From positions 1 to 64,000 of the forward strand of contig JBMORA010000031.1 of NCBI GenBank assembly GCA_049320885.1: a stretch of DNA of 64,000 nt, in the 5' to 3' direction. The translations under genes and the position numbers were made by a program. The first letter of the stretch is position 1. Each line of letters opens with the position of its first letter. This document shows, piece by piece, positions 9,412-19,522 of this stretch. The stretch comes from Thermodesulfobacteriota bacterium. Lineage in GTDB: Bacteria; Desulfobacterota; Desulfobacteria; Desulfobacterales; SURF-7. The notes below the pieces were generated by a model that saw only the letters and a program-made list of their open reading frames with translations, did not search any database and was not told where the DNA came from.

Positions 9412-9624
9412 GGAACCCTGTGGGGCGAGCGTTTCAAAAGCCTGATCGTGGAAAACGGCGAGACCCTGATCAACTGCCTGGCCTATATCGATCTCAATCC
9501 CATCCGCGCCGGTCTCGCGGCCCGACCGGAAGAATACCGCTGGAGTTCCATGGGCTATCATTTCCAGACCGGCAACCGGGATGATTTCCTGTCTTAGGAG
9601 TTCGGGCTGACGGAATTCTGTTGA
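9412..9624 (+). pseudogene. RAYT transposase internal fragment with premature stop
   Basis: GTLWGERFKSLIVE...AYIDLNPIRAGL...EEYRWSS, then TAG at 9595-9597; no N-terminal HUH region. Confidence 0.85.
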
Positions 9625-9677
9625 ATGCTCCGGAATTAAATACATAAATAGTAAAACATGAGAACCCAGAACAGCCG

Positions 9678-9706
9678 TTGACAAACCCCTGTCCGGTTGG
9701 TATCAA
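9678..9706 (+). promoter_or_regulatory. Putative sigma70 promoter of the alpha/beta hydrolase gene
   Basis: TTGACA-N17-TATCAA with an extended -10 TG. Confidence 0.5.
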
Positions 9707-9784
9707 CCCGGACATGACCAGTTGTTGCACCAGCCGGTTGCGGGCGCGCCAACCGGCTTTCAATCCACGTGATAGCGGAACCGA

Positions 9785-10720
9785 ATGAAACCGATCCAAC
9801 CCCGATCTCAACCCGAATCCTGCCGCTGGGGCGACCTGAGCGGAGAAGTGCATCGCCTTGAAACCCGGGACGGGCAGGAACTCGCCGTCAGCCGGATTTT
9901 TTCCAAGGGGGAAGGCCACCGTCCATTTCCCGTCATCCTGGTCCACGGGACCTATTGCACCAGAACGTTCTGGATCTCGCCCAAGGGGGTGGGCATGGGG
10001 GCGTATCTTGCCGGCCAGGGTTTCGACGTATGGGTGCCGGACATGCGCGGCCACGGCCTGTCCCCGAAAACCGCGGCCTATTCCCGCATCAACGCCGAGG
10101 ATCAGATCCGCTTCGATTTACCGGCGATCCAGGAGCATGTGTTCCGGATCACCGGAAAGCCGGCGTTCTGGATCGGGCATTCCTTCGGCGGCCTGTATAC
10201 AGTGGCCGCCCTCGGCATGCAATGGCTCCGGCATGACCTGGTCAAGGCCGTGGTGACCTTCGGCAGCCAGATCAGCCACGGCGACCGGTATCTCAAAATT
10301 CCGCCCGTGGTTTGGATTGTCAGCCTTCTGATGAAGATGCTCGGCCACCTGCCGGCCCCGCGGCTGGGGCTGGGCCCGGAGATCGAACCCGCCGGCGTCA
10401 TCCTGGAAACCATCCGCTGGAAAAAATGGCGCGGCGAGTGGACCGCTTCCGACGGCAGATCCTACTGGGACGGATTGGGCGGTATCAAGACGCCGGTAAT
10501 GACCGTTGCCGCGGCCGACGACAAGAATGATCCGGCCGAAGGCTGTCTGCAATTCCATGAACGCTACGGCAGCCGGGACAAGGCCTTTGTGGTTCTCGGT
10601 ATAAAGGAAGGCTTCCGGAAGGACTACGACCACGTGGGCATGGTGGTCAGCAAGGAAGCGCAGGTCGAGGTGTGGCCGAAAGTGGCGTCCTGGCTGATGG
10701 AACGGGAAAAAACTTCGTGA
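9785..10720 (+). CDS. Alpha/beta-fold hydrolase (lipase/esterase-like)
   Basis: ILVHG, DMRGHG, GHSFGG nucleophile elbow, YDHVG catalytic His. Confidence 0.88.
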   Translation: MKPIQPRSQPESCRWGDLSGEVHRLETRDGQELAVSRIFSKGEGHRPFPVILVHGTYCTRTFWISPKGVGMGAYLAGQGFDVWVPDMRGHGLSPKTAAYSRINAEDQIRFDLPAIQEHVFRITGKPAFWIGHSFGGLYTVAALGMQWLRHDLVKAVVTFGSQISHGDRYLKIPPVVWIVSLLMKMLGHLPAPRLGLGPEIEPAGVILETIRWKKWRGEWTASDGRSYWDGLGGIKTPVMTVAAADDKNDPAEGCLQFHERYGSRDKAFVVLGIKEGFRKDYDHVGMVVSKEAQVEVWPKVASWLMEREKTS

Positions 10721-10742
10721 TCCGGCGCTGGATATCCATCGA

Positions 10743-13700
10743 TTAAACACCCGGAGGCGACCCGGCTTCCCGTTTCCCCAGGGCTTCCAGGATGGTGAGG
10801 CCGATTTTCTCGATCGTATAGGGCTTTTTCACGTATTTCGACACCCCCAGACGCTGGGCTTCCCGGATGCGGTCGGTTTCCGAAAATCCGCTGGCGATGA
10901 TCGCTTTCTGGGCCGGGCGGAATTCGATTATTTTTCTATAGGTATCCAGTCCGTCGATCCCGGGTTCCATGATCATATCCAGCAGCAGCAGATCCACCTC
11001 GTTGTCCTTCAGATATTCGACCGCCTCTTCTCCGCTGGCCACCGTATGCACGGCATATCCCAGTTCGTTCAGGATGGCGGAAGCGATTTCCCGTTGTTCC
11101 CGTACGTCGTCCACCACCAGAACGGTTTCGCCGCCTCCCCGGTACACTTCCAGCGGATATTCCTCGGTCCTTTCGAGTTTTTTGCGGGTGATGGGGAAAT
11201 AGAGAGTGAATTTGCTGCCCCGCCCCACCCGGCTTTCGGATTCGATGTACCCCCTGTGATCCTTGACAGTGCCCCACACCACCGACATTCCGAGTCCGGT
11301 GCCGCTTTTCCCCATCTTTTTTTTCGTGTAGAACGGCTCGAAAATGCGTCCCAGATCCTCCGGGGAAATCCCGACGCCCGTATCCGCAACCGTCAAGACG
11401 GCGTAGTCTCCCTCGTTGACTTCCTCGTAGCCTTTCAGCGGCTGGTCCACATAGCGGTTTTCCGTGGAGACGCGGATGTCTCCGCCGTCGGGCATGGCCT
11501 CGGCGGCATTGGATATCAGGTTCATCAACGCCTTGGACAGGTGGACCGGAGAACCCGAAATATTCAGCAGATCCGGTTCTAAAAACGTCCGTACCCGGAC
11601 ATGCTCATGGAAGGAAAGCAGTCGGTGATATTCGGGGCTTTGCAGATACTCCTCGATGATCCGGTTGAGGTTCACGATTTCAGCGATGGCAACCCCTCTC
11701 CTGGCCAGGGTGAGCAGGTCCTGGACGATGGTGGCCGCTTTTTTTCCCGACTGCGCGATGATTTCAATGGGATTCCGCAGCGGGCTGTCCTTGGGCATTT
11801 TGAGCAGCATCAGCTCGGGGTAACTGACGAGTCCGGACAGAATGTTGTTCAGGTCATGGGCCACGCCGCCGGCGAGGGTGCCGATGGCCTCCATTTTTTC
11901 AGCCTGGTGCAGTCTGGTTTCCAGGTCTTTTTTGGTCTTGTCGGCCTGCATCCGTTTCGCCGCACCCATGGAGAGCGCCACGATATCCGCAATGGAGTTG
12001 GCGAAATTCTGCTCATCGATGTGCCATTCACGCCGCATTTCGGTATTCTCGAACCTCACAAAACCGGCCAGTCGGCCGCCTTCCAGGATGGCGGCATCCA
12101 GAACGGACCGGATGCCGAGAGCCGGCAGATAGTGACGGGCGAATTCGACCATGCGCTCATCCGCACAGGCATCCGCAGCCGCGATGGTCCGGCTGGTTTC
12201 CAGCGCCCTGAAATAGACGGGATAATCCGAGAGCGGGAGTTCCCCGGACCGGGAATGGCGGTTGGCGCTCAGCACATACAGCCCCATGCAAACGCTGTCG
12301 GTCTGTTTCCGGTTGAAAAGCCAGACGCTGCTGCGCTCGGTTGCAAGGGTCCGCCCGGCAGTCTCCATGATGACGGTCAGGGATGCCTCCAGTTCTCCGG
12401 CATAGATGGTCTCGTGACTCGCCAGATACAGCAGGGCGTTGTTCTGCTTCCGGAGACGTTCCTCGCTTTCGGCTTGCAGTTTTTCAAAGCGTTTGCGCTC
12501 CACGATTTCCTTTTCGAGTTCCGCCGTCCGCTCCTTGACCAGCTCCTCCAGGTTATCCCGGTGCCGGGAAAGCTGAATTTCCGCCTGTTGTCGCTCCCGG
12601 ACCTCTCCCTGCAGGCGTTCGTTGACGGTTTCCAGCGCTTCCCGGGAGGTTTCCAGATGGCCGATATAGGTTTGAACCGTATCGGCCATCCGGTTGAAGG
12701 CCCCCGCCAGTTGGCCCATCTCGTCGCGGGTCCTGATTTGCAGCCGATGACTGCGATCGCCCTCCTGGAACCGCCGGATACCGAAAATCATATCCGTGAT
12801 CTTGCTCGTCAAGGCTGCGGCCATGAAGATGGCGATGAAGATCACCGCCAGCACCATGATGGCCGTATAAAAAATCAGCGACTTGAAAGTGTCCCGGAGC
12901 GTCGAGCGCATCAGGGCTTGATTTTCCTGTTTTTCCCGGTCCAGGTCCTCGTCGAAACGGGCTTGAACCCCCCGGATGGTCGCCGCGGTCTCCATGGCGG
13001 GGCGGTGGAATTCATCCACGTTGGCGCCGATGGTGACATACCCGAAGCCCCTTGCCTGCCGCCCGTATATGCCGGTGTAATAAGGGATGGTGGCCGCCGT
13101 GGTCAGTTTCCACAAACCGCTCCAGAAAATCAGGAAGGAACCCGAACCGCCGTGCTGGGTCAGGTTGTGCCATCCCACGCATTGGGGGGCGAAATTCAAA
13201 TACCGCCCGTCCAGGCCCAGAAATCCGCGGGCCGTCAGTTCGGCAGCGGGCTTTTTGGCAAGGGATGGCTCCTTGAACTCCGGCGCCCGCTGCTCAAAGA
13301 CAGCCATGGAGCCGTTGCATTGTTTGTAGAGTTCATACAACTCCTCATCCAGCCAGGGAACAGCCCGCTCACCGGTTTCCGGATCGAACCCCACAATGAA
13401 ATAATCCCGGGGATGGGAGACATTCCGGCCCCGGTAATCCCACATGAAGGCGTAATTGCCGCTTCCGGCGTCGGACATGGGGGCATAGCGTTCTTCCGTC
13501 GGCACCACATGATCCGTGAACTCCATGATATGGGTATGGTCCAGGGCCAGGGTCACATACCCCTGGATCCGGCCGTCTTTGGTCACCGGCGCGCACCAGC
13601 GCACCAGCCCCTGAAACCGTTTCCCCAAAGGGTTTTCCTTGCCGGCGTATCCGGATTTCTCCGGTTCGAAGGGAATGCCCAGCTTTTCGACAGCCTCCCG

Positions 13701-14465
13701 GCTGTAGGTTCCGATGACGCGGCTGCCGACGTAAGGCCCGATGACCTCGGAGACATGGATCTCGCCGGGTTTGAGGTTTTTCAGTTCCTGGAAATACGTC
13801 TCCGCCTGGCAGTAGGTGTTCCTGCGATCGGAAACATTCCGTAACCGGTTGTCCAGGATTCCCGATGGGGAGACCTTGACGATTTCCTGGCCGTCCGGAT
13901 TAATGAAGGTCATTTCCAGATAAACGGGACGGTTTTCGACGATCCCGTTCTCTTCGGGCGGGCGGTAATGGAAATCCCGCCGGTTGTCGTCGTTCTGAGC
14001 GATTACGCCAGGGAGGGCCTCCGTCGGCTTTTTTTCCCCGGGAACCCAGGTCCTGCCTTCCGCATCCAGGAGCCAGGGTGCATGCAATATCACCGGCCTG
14101 AAACGGGTGGCCAGAAAACTCCGGTATTGTTCCCGGTCCGGTGAAAGCCGGGAAGCCGCTTCAATGTCCCGGTCACGATCATACAAAAAGGCGGCGACCG
14201 CCTTGGCCGTATCCGTCGTAAGGCGCTCGATGGCCTCACGGGATTTCTCATCCAGGGCCCGGATGGAATTTTTCGTCGACAATTCCGTCACCCCGTCCAC
14301 CACCCGGCGGGTGCGGGAGATCATCTCCAGGTTGTTTTCTTCCACTGTTCCGGCGAGATCGAAAATTTCGCTCCAGGCGAACCAGGCCAGGGCAATGAGC
14401 GGCAATACCTTGATGAAAACGAAGATGACCAGCAATTTGGTGCGGATGCCTGGTGAACGGTTCAT
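10743..14465 (-). CDS. Membrane-bound hybrid sensor histidine kinase (large periplasmic Cache-like region, HAMP, GAF, HisKA, HATPase, REC)
   Basis: Two TM segments, DEMGQLA..FNRM (HAMP), GVAHDLNNIL (H-box), NAAEAM, DTGVG, GTGLG, VVDD...LLDMIM...KP. Start set at ATG 14465. Confidence 0.92.
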   Translation of the reverse strand: MNRSPGIRTKLLVIFVFIKVLPLIALAWFAWSEIFDLAGTVEENNLEMISRTRRVVDGVTELSTKNSIRALDEKSREAIERLTTDTAKAVAAFLYDRDRDIEAASRLSPDREQYRSFLATRFRPVILHAPWLLDAEGRTWVPGEKKPTEALPGVIAQNDDNRRDFHYRPPEENGIVENRPVYLEMTFINPDGQEIVKVSPSGILDNRLRNVSDRRNTYCQAETYFQELKNLKPGEIHVSEVIGPYVGSRVIGTYSREAVEKLGIPFEPEKSGYAGKENPLGKRFQGLVRWCAPVTKDGRIQGYVTLALDHTHIMEFTDHVVPTEERYAPMSDAGSGNYAFMWDYRGRNVSHPRDYFIVGFDPETGERAVPWLDEELYELYKQCNGSMAVFEQRAPEFKEPSLAKKPAAELTARGFLGLDGRYLNFAPQCVGWHNLTQHGGSGSFLIFWSGLWKLTTAATIPYYTGIYGRQARGFGYVTIGANVDEFHRPAMETAATIRGVQARFDEDLDREKQENQALMRSTLRDTFKSLIFYTAIMVLAVIFIAIFMAAALTSKITDMIFGIRRFQEGDRSHRLQIRTRDEMGQLAGAFNRMADTVQTYIGHLETSREALETVNERLQGEVRERQQAEIQLSRHRDNLEELVKERTAELEKEIVERKRFEKLQAESEERLRKQNNALLYLASHETIYAGELEASLTVIMETAGRTLATERSSVWLFNRKQTDSVCMGLYVLSANRHSRSGELPLSDYPVYFRALETSRTIAAADACADERMVEFARHYLPALGIRSVLDAAILEGGRLAGFVRFENTEMRREWHIDEQNFANSIADIVALSMGAAKRMQADKTKKDLETRLHQAEKMEAIGTLAGGVAHDLNNILSGLVSYPELMLLKMPKDSPLRNPIEIIAQSGKKAATIVQDLLTLARRGVAIAEIVNLNRIIEEYLQSPEYHRLLSFHEHVRVRTFLEPDLLNISGSPVHLSKALMNLISNAAEAMPDGGDIRVSTENRYVDQPLKGYEEVNEGDYAVLTVADTGVGISPEDLGRIFEPFYTKKKMGKSGTGLGMSVVWGTVKDHRGYIESESRVGRGSKFTLYFPITRKKLERTEEYPLEVYRGGGETVLVVDDVREQREIASAILNELGYAVHTVASGEEAVEYLKDNEVDLLLLDMIMEPGIDGLDTYRKIIEFRPAQKAIIASGFSETDRIREAQRLGVSKYVKKPYTIEKIGLTILEALGKREAGSPPGV

Positions 14466-14637
14466 GGTCCCATCATATAATGTAACGGTTCGCCATGCAA
14501 TCCGATTGTGATGAGGGCGGCGCAATCGTCCATGGCCGGGACTCGGCAATACCCATTCCCGTTCAGGGAATGTCCGGATCATTGACTGGTGACGGTGAAT
14601 TTTGTTAATGAAAGGTCATTCCACAAAGGGAGGGGAT

Positions 14638-16797
14638 ATGAGCCTCAACAATGCCATCTGGAGAGATGAAAACGGTGTCTGTCACGTCCAAGGAAAGGAC
14701 AAGGCGGAGGTCTTCGGCCTGATGGGGTATGCCCATGGAAAAGACCGGGGGATGCAGATGATCCTGATGCGGATCCTGGGACAGGGGCGTGCAGCCGAAC
14801 TGCTGGACTCGAGCGATGAACTGCTTCGCATCGACACCTTCTTCCGAAGAATGAACTGGACTGGCGCTGTTGCCAGGGAACTGGAAAAGCTGACCGCGGA
14901 TGCGGCGACTGTTCTGGAATCCTATTGCCGCGGGGTCAACCGGGCCTTTTCGGAGAAAACACCATGGGAATGCCGGTTGTTCGGCTTCAAACCGGAGCCC
15001 TGGCGTGGCGAGGATTCGATTCTGATCTCCCGGATGATCGGGTATCTCACCCTGGCCCAATCCCAGGGCGAAATGGAAAGGCTGCTTATTGAGATGATCC
15101 AGGCCGGTGTGGACCGGGGACGGCTGGATGAACTGTTCCCGGGGATCCTCGGCGGCCTCGATATCGATCTGGTGAAAAAAATCAAGCTCCAGGAACGCCT
15201 CGTCTCCCCCGAATCCCTCTGGAATATCGCGGCGCCGGTGATGATGGCGTCCAACAACTGGGTGGTTTCCGGCCGGAAGACCGCTTCCGGAAAACCGGTC
15301 ATCGCCAACGATCCCCACCTGGAGATCAACCGGCTGCCGAATGTCTGGTATGAAATGGCCCTGCAGACAAACGGTTCCTATGCCATGGGCGGGACAATGC
15401 CCGGAACACCGGCCCTGCTGGTGGGTCGCAATCCGGATCTGGCCTGGACAGCGACCTATACCTTCATGGACGGAACCGACTCCTGGATTGAGAAATGCAG
15501 GGACGGCAAATATTTCCGCGAACCGGACCAATGGCTGGACTTCAGCCGGCGCAAGGAAATCATCAACCGCAAGAAAAAACCGCCGGTCACCGTGATTTTC
15601 TATGAAAACAACCATGGCGTCCTGGAAGGCGATCCGAACCAGGAGGGCTATTATCTCGCCACGGCATGGGCCCCCTCATTTTCAGGCGCACTCACCTTCA
15701 ACAGCATCATTGACATCCTGGACGCAACCACCGTGAGCCGGGGGATGGACCTGCTCGGACGCATCGAGACCTCCTGGAATTTCGTCCTGGCGGACAAGCA
15801 GGGGAATATCGGCTACCAGATGTCCGGATTGATGCCGAAACGGAGGAAGGGGGTCAGCGGTTTCGTTCCCCTGCCCGGCTGGGAAGAACAAAACGACTGG
15901 CAGGGATTTGAATCCCCTGATGATCTGCCGCGGTCCTACAACCCGGATTGCGGCTACCTGGTCACCGCCAACCAGAACCTGAACGAATTCGGCCGGGTGG
16001 AGCCGATAACCGTCGGCATGGGCCCTTACCGCTCCGATCGCATCGCGACCCTGCTTGCCCGGGAAAACCGGATCACCTGCGAGTTCATGTACAAGCTGCA
16101 TTATGATGTCCATTCCACCCAGGCGGAAACCTTCATGGCCGTTCTCTCCCCTCTGCTGCCGGACTCGGAACAGGCGGCCATACTGAAAAACTGGAATGGT
16201 GACTACACCGCCGACTCCCGGGGCGCGTTTCTGTTCGACGGGTTTTACAGACAGCTGTACCGCGAAGTGTTCGGCCGCCACGGTTTCGGCCCGGAAGCCG
16301 TGGATCAAATCGAAAAACACACCGGTATCTTCAACGATTTTTATATCCATTTCGACCGGATCCTCCTGCAGGAAGAATCAGCCTGGTTCGGGGGCCGCAC
16401 CCGCGCGGAGATCTACCGGGAGGCGGCTGAAAAAGCCCTGGCCTCACCGCCTGAAAAATGGGGAACCGGACGAAGAGTCCTGATGAAGAATATCGTCTTT
16501 GACGGCAAGCTTCCAGCATTTCTCGGATTTGACCGGGGACCCATCACCATCATCGGCAGCCTTGCCACACCCCATCAAGGCCAGATTTTTGAAAGCGCCG
16601 GCCGGCTGACCACCTTCGCCCCATCCTTCCGGATGGTCACCGATATGGCCACGGACGAAATCCACACCAATCTGGCCGGCGGTCCATCGGACCGGCGGTT
16701 TTCCAAATGGTACTGCTCGGATCTGGAAAACTGGAAAAACGGCAAATACAAAACCATCGACCTCCGGCCGGAGCGGACAAGGCTGGAGTTTGTTTAA
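14638..16797 (+). CDS. Penicillin acylase family (Ntn-hydrolase, S45) protein
   Basis: RDENGVCHV, GYAHGKDR, autocleavage SNNWVV, ANDPHL; no obvious signal peptide; GGAGG RBS. Confidence 0.92.
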   Translation: MSLNNAIWRDENGVCHVQGKDKAEVFGLMGYAHGKDRGMQMILMRILGQGRAAELLDSSDELLRIDTFFRRMNWTGAVARELEKLTADAATVLESYCRGVNRAFSEKTPWECRLFGFKPEPWRGEDSILISRMIGYLTLAQSQGEMERLLIEMIQAGVDRGRLDELFPGILGGLDIDLVKKIKLQERLVSPESLWNIAAPVMMASNNWVVSGRKTASGKPVIANDPHLEINRLPNVWYEMALQTNGSYAMGGTMPGTPALLVGRNPDLAWTATYTFMDGTDSWIEKCRDGKYFREPDQWLDFSRRKEIINRKKKPPVTVIFYENNHGVLEGDPNQEGYYLATAWAPSFSGALTFNSIIDILDATTVSRGMDLLGRIETSWNFVLADKQGNIGYQMSGLMPKRRKGVSGFVPLPGWEEQNDWQGFESPDDLPRSYNPDCGYLVTANQNLNEFGRVEPITVGMGPYRSDRIATLLARENRITCEFMYKLHYDVHSTQAETFMAVLSPLLPDSEQAAILKNWNGDYTADSRGAFLFDGFYRQLYREVFGRHGFGPEAVDQIEKHTGIFNDFYIHFDRILLQEESAWFGGRTRAEIYREAAEKALASPPEKWGTGRRVLMKNIVFDGKLPAFLGFDRGPITIIGSLATPHQGQIFESAGRLTTFAPSFRMVTDMATDEIHTNLAGGPSDRRFSKWYCSDLENWKNGKYKTIDLRPERTRLEFV

Positions 16798-16809
16798 GGT
16801 GACGACGCC

Positions 16810-17610
16810 ATGAAACTTCACCACCTGCGAAACGCCACGTTTGTGATTGAAACCGGGGCCACTTGTATTCTGATCGACCCCATGCTCTCCGGTCCGGGCA
16901 AGCTGCCGCCGTTTTCGGTGATCCGCCATAAGGCCAGAAGGAACCCCCTGGTTCCCCTGCCGTCCAATGCGGCGGAGATCCTGGACCGGGTCACCCATTG
17001 CCTGATCACCCACAGTCAGGCCTTCGGCATCAAGGCCTTTCAGCATACCGACCATCTGGATCGCGCCGGGGAATCGTTTTTGCGCCGCAACAATATCCCG
17101 GTGGCGTGCCCGCGGCAGGACGGCGCGTATCTGAAAAGGCAGGGCCTCCGGGTGGAATGGGAATTGGATTTCTGGCGGCCGGAGCCGTTTCCGGGCGGAG
17201 AGATCCTCGCCGTTCCGGCCCGGCATGGTCATGGCTGGATTCACAGGCTCATGGCCAACGGCGCCGGCTTTTATCTCCGGTTTCCGGAAGAGCCTTCGAT
17301 CTACATCAGCGGGGATACCGTATATACGCCCGAAGTGGAACAGGCCCTGAAGGAACTGAAACCCGATATTTCCGTGATGGCCGCAGGCAGCGCCCGCCTG
17401 GATGCGGGCGGGCCGATCCTGATGCCGCTGGACGAACTCCTGGCCTTTGCCCGGAACGCTCCCGGAAAGGTCATCGCCAACCATCTGGAGGCCCTCAACC
17501 ATTGCCCCATAACCCGCGGACAACTGAGGCAGGCTCTCGAAAACAGCGGATCGGCCTCCAAAACGATCATTCCGGCAGACGGGGAGACCATACCCGTCGA
17601 TATCGGTTGA
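16810..17610 (+). CDS. Metallo-beta-lactamase-fold hydrolase (UlaG-like)
   Basis: LRNAT, LIDPML, TH...HTDHLD, PARHG, YISGDT, NHLEALNH. Confidence 0.85.
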   Translation: MKLHHLRNATFVIETGATCILIDPMLSGPGKLPPFSVIRHKARRNPLVPLPSNAAEILDRVTHCLITHSQAFGIKAFQHTDHLDRAGESFLRRNNIPVACPRQDGAYLKRQGLRVEWELDFWRPEPFPGGEILAVPARHGHGWIHRLMANGAGFYLRFPEEPSIYISGDTVYTPEVEQALKELKPDISVMAAGSARLDAGGPILMPLDELLAFARNAPGKVIANHLEALNHCPITRGQLRQALENSGSASKTIIPADGETIPVDIG

Positions 17611-17691
17611 CGGTCCGGCAGGCATGGCTCTCACACCCGCCCGGCTCCGGCGAAGCTGAAATCCACCGATGGGAGGGAGGCGGAGGCTCCG

Positions 17692-17916
17692 TCATTTGAA
17701 ATCGATTTTCACCTTCTTGAAGCTGTCGTGCCAGGAACAGTTGTTGCAGTAGGTTTCCGTATGGTCTTCGATGGCGGGAGGCGTGTCGCCGCCGATTTCC
17801 GGATCGAAACAGACCTCCCCGGCTTCGCAATGAAATACATATACGGTGTGCTCATCATCGGGGTCCTTGACGTAAAAGGTCTGGGAACCGCATGTCGGGC
17901 ATTTCATTTTTTCCAT
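17692..17916 (-). CDS. Small zinc-ribbon hypothetical protein
   Basis: CPTC...CNNC; GGAGAGG RBS. Confidence 0.7.
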   Translation of the reverse strand: MEKMKCPTCGSQTFYVKDPDDEHTVYVFHCEAGEVCFDPEIGGDTPPAIEDHTETYCNNCSWHDSFKKVKIDFK

Positions 17917-18041
17917 GTGTATCCTCTCCGGCGTTTTTTTTGGGGTTCATGGTAAAAAAAACCGGGCGTTCTGTCAACCGCCATCGTTCCGCCATCGTTC
18001 CGCCAGGTTCCTTGGAAGCCATGGCGGGGAGACGGACGGCA

Positions 18042-18716
18042 TCAAAAGACCCGGCGGCGGAATCGTCCCGTATCGGACCGGTAGACGGCGGCGATGAAGG
18101 CCGCCACTTTTTCCAGATCCTTCCGCCCCGGACGGATCTCCACGCCGGAACTGACATCCACCGCATCGGGTTCGGCGTCGCTGATGGCCCGGGCCACATT
18201 GTCCGCCGTCAGGCCGCCCGCCAGAATAACGGGACGGTCTTTTCCAAGCGGCCGGGCCGCTTTCCAGTCCCAGGCCATGGCGTTGCCGCCCGGCAGTTTC
18301 CCGCCGGCGCATTCCACCAGATAAGCCGTCGCCCGGTACTCCGGTGCCGATTCCATGGCCGGGGAAGCGCCGATGAACAGCACCTTGACCACCCGAAGCT
18401 TTTTTTCAACCAGGCGCTCCACCAGCCCGGGAGGCTCCTGGCCATGGAGCTGGACTCCCGTCAGCCCGCACCGGGAAACCGTTTCCATGATGACATCATA
18501 ATCGGCGTTCACGAAAACGCCGATGCTTGCGACATCCGGCGGCAAGCCCCCCGCTATCTCCCGGGCTTTCTCCAGCGTCACATGCCGCGGACTTTTGGGA
18601 AAGAACACCAGGCCGATGGCGTCGGCCCCGAGTTCGGCGCATGCCAGGGCCTGGTCCGCATCCGTCAAACCGCAGATTTTCACCTGGGGAACGGTTCGAT
18701 CCGGATGGCCGGTCAT
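18042..18716 (-). CDS. trpF: Phosphoribosylanthranilate isomerase
   Basis: VKICGL, SPRHV, VQLHG, LAGGL, VDVSSGVE; ATGA overlap with trpC. Confidence 0.95.
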   Translation of the reverse strand: MTGHPDRTVPQVKICGLTDADQALACAELGADAIGLVFFPKSPRHVTLEKAREIAGGLPPDVASIGVFVNADYDVIMETVSRCGLTGVQLHGQEPPGLVERLVEKKLRVVKVLFIGASPAMESAPEYRATAYLVECAGGKLPGGNAMAWDWKAARPLGKDRPVILAGGLTADNVARAISDAEPDAVDVSSGVEIRPGRKDLEKVAAFIAAVYRSDTGRFRRRVF

Positions 18717-19498
18717 GATCCCCCCCCGAGCAGCCGGCGCAGGTGCTCCTCCGGATCGGCCGACCGCACCAGACTCTCGCCGATGAGAAAATGCCGGATG
18801 CCGCATTTCAGGTTCCCCTCGATATCCTGCCGGTCCGTGATGCCGCTGGCCGCCACCGGTATCTGACCGGATGTCATCCGTGAAACCATGCGCATGGCAT
18901 TGCCGATATCCGTCTCGAAGGAACTCAGATTGCGGTTGTTGATGCCGATCAATCGCGCCCCGGCGGCCACGGCCGTCTCCAGGTCGGCCTCCGAATGCAC
19001 TTCCACCAGGCAATCCAGATCCAGCTCCCGGCAAAGGCCCAGATAGTCGCCCAGCTGGCCGGGAGTGAGGATCCGGACGATCAGCAACACCGCATCGGCG
19101 CCCACGGCCGCGGATTCAACCAGCTGATAGGCGGAGACGGTGAAATCCTTTCGCAGCACCGGCAGGGATACGGCCCCACGGGCTTGCCGCAAATCGTCGA
19201 CGCTGCCCTTGAAAAAAGCGGTCTCGGTCAGCACGGACAGCGCCGAGGCCCCGCCGGTTTCATATTGCCGGGCCAGAACGGCCGGATCCAGGTCCGGCCG
19301 GATCGCCCCTTTGGAAGGCGACGCCCGTTTGATCTCCGCGATGATATGGATTCCCGGTTTTTCCATGGCAGCGGCAAAGGGCCGTTTCACCCGGCCGGCA
19401 GCCGCATCCCGCAGCCGCGCTTCCGGAATCCGCTTTGCGGCCGCTGCGACTTCCTGTTTCTTGTGCTCGACGATGACGGATAAAAAATCCTTGCCCAT
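18713..19498 (-). CDS. trpC: Indole-3-glycerol phosphate synthase
   Basis: IAEIKRASPSKG, SVLTE, LRKDF, LVEVH, GINNRNL. Confidence 0.96.
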   Translation of the reverse strand: MGKDFLSVIVEHKKQEVAAAAKRIPEARLRDAAAGRVKRPFAAAMEKPGIHIIAEIKRASPSKGAIRPDLDPAVLARQYETGGASALSVLTETAFFKGSVDDLRQARGAVSLPVLRKDFTVSAYQLVESAAVGADAVLLIVRILTPGQLGDYLGLCRELDLDCLVEVHSEADLETAVAAGARLIGINNRNLSSFETDIGNAMRMVSRMTSGQIPVAASGITDRQDIEGNLKCGIRHFLIGESLVRSADPEEHLRRLLGGGS

Positions 19499-19522
19499 CT
19501 TCCACTCCTCCCATGAATCCGG

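Noticed and set aside
9276..9473. N-terminal extension of the GntR ORF in the track
   Set aside because: Runs through the promoter/operator and the RAYT fragment; the RBS supports ATG 9275
11601..13844. 747-aa plus-strand ORF
   Set aside because: Antisense shadow of the sensor kinase with no motifs; expected in GC-rich coding DNA
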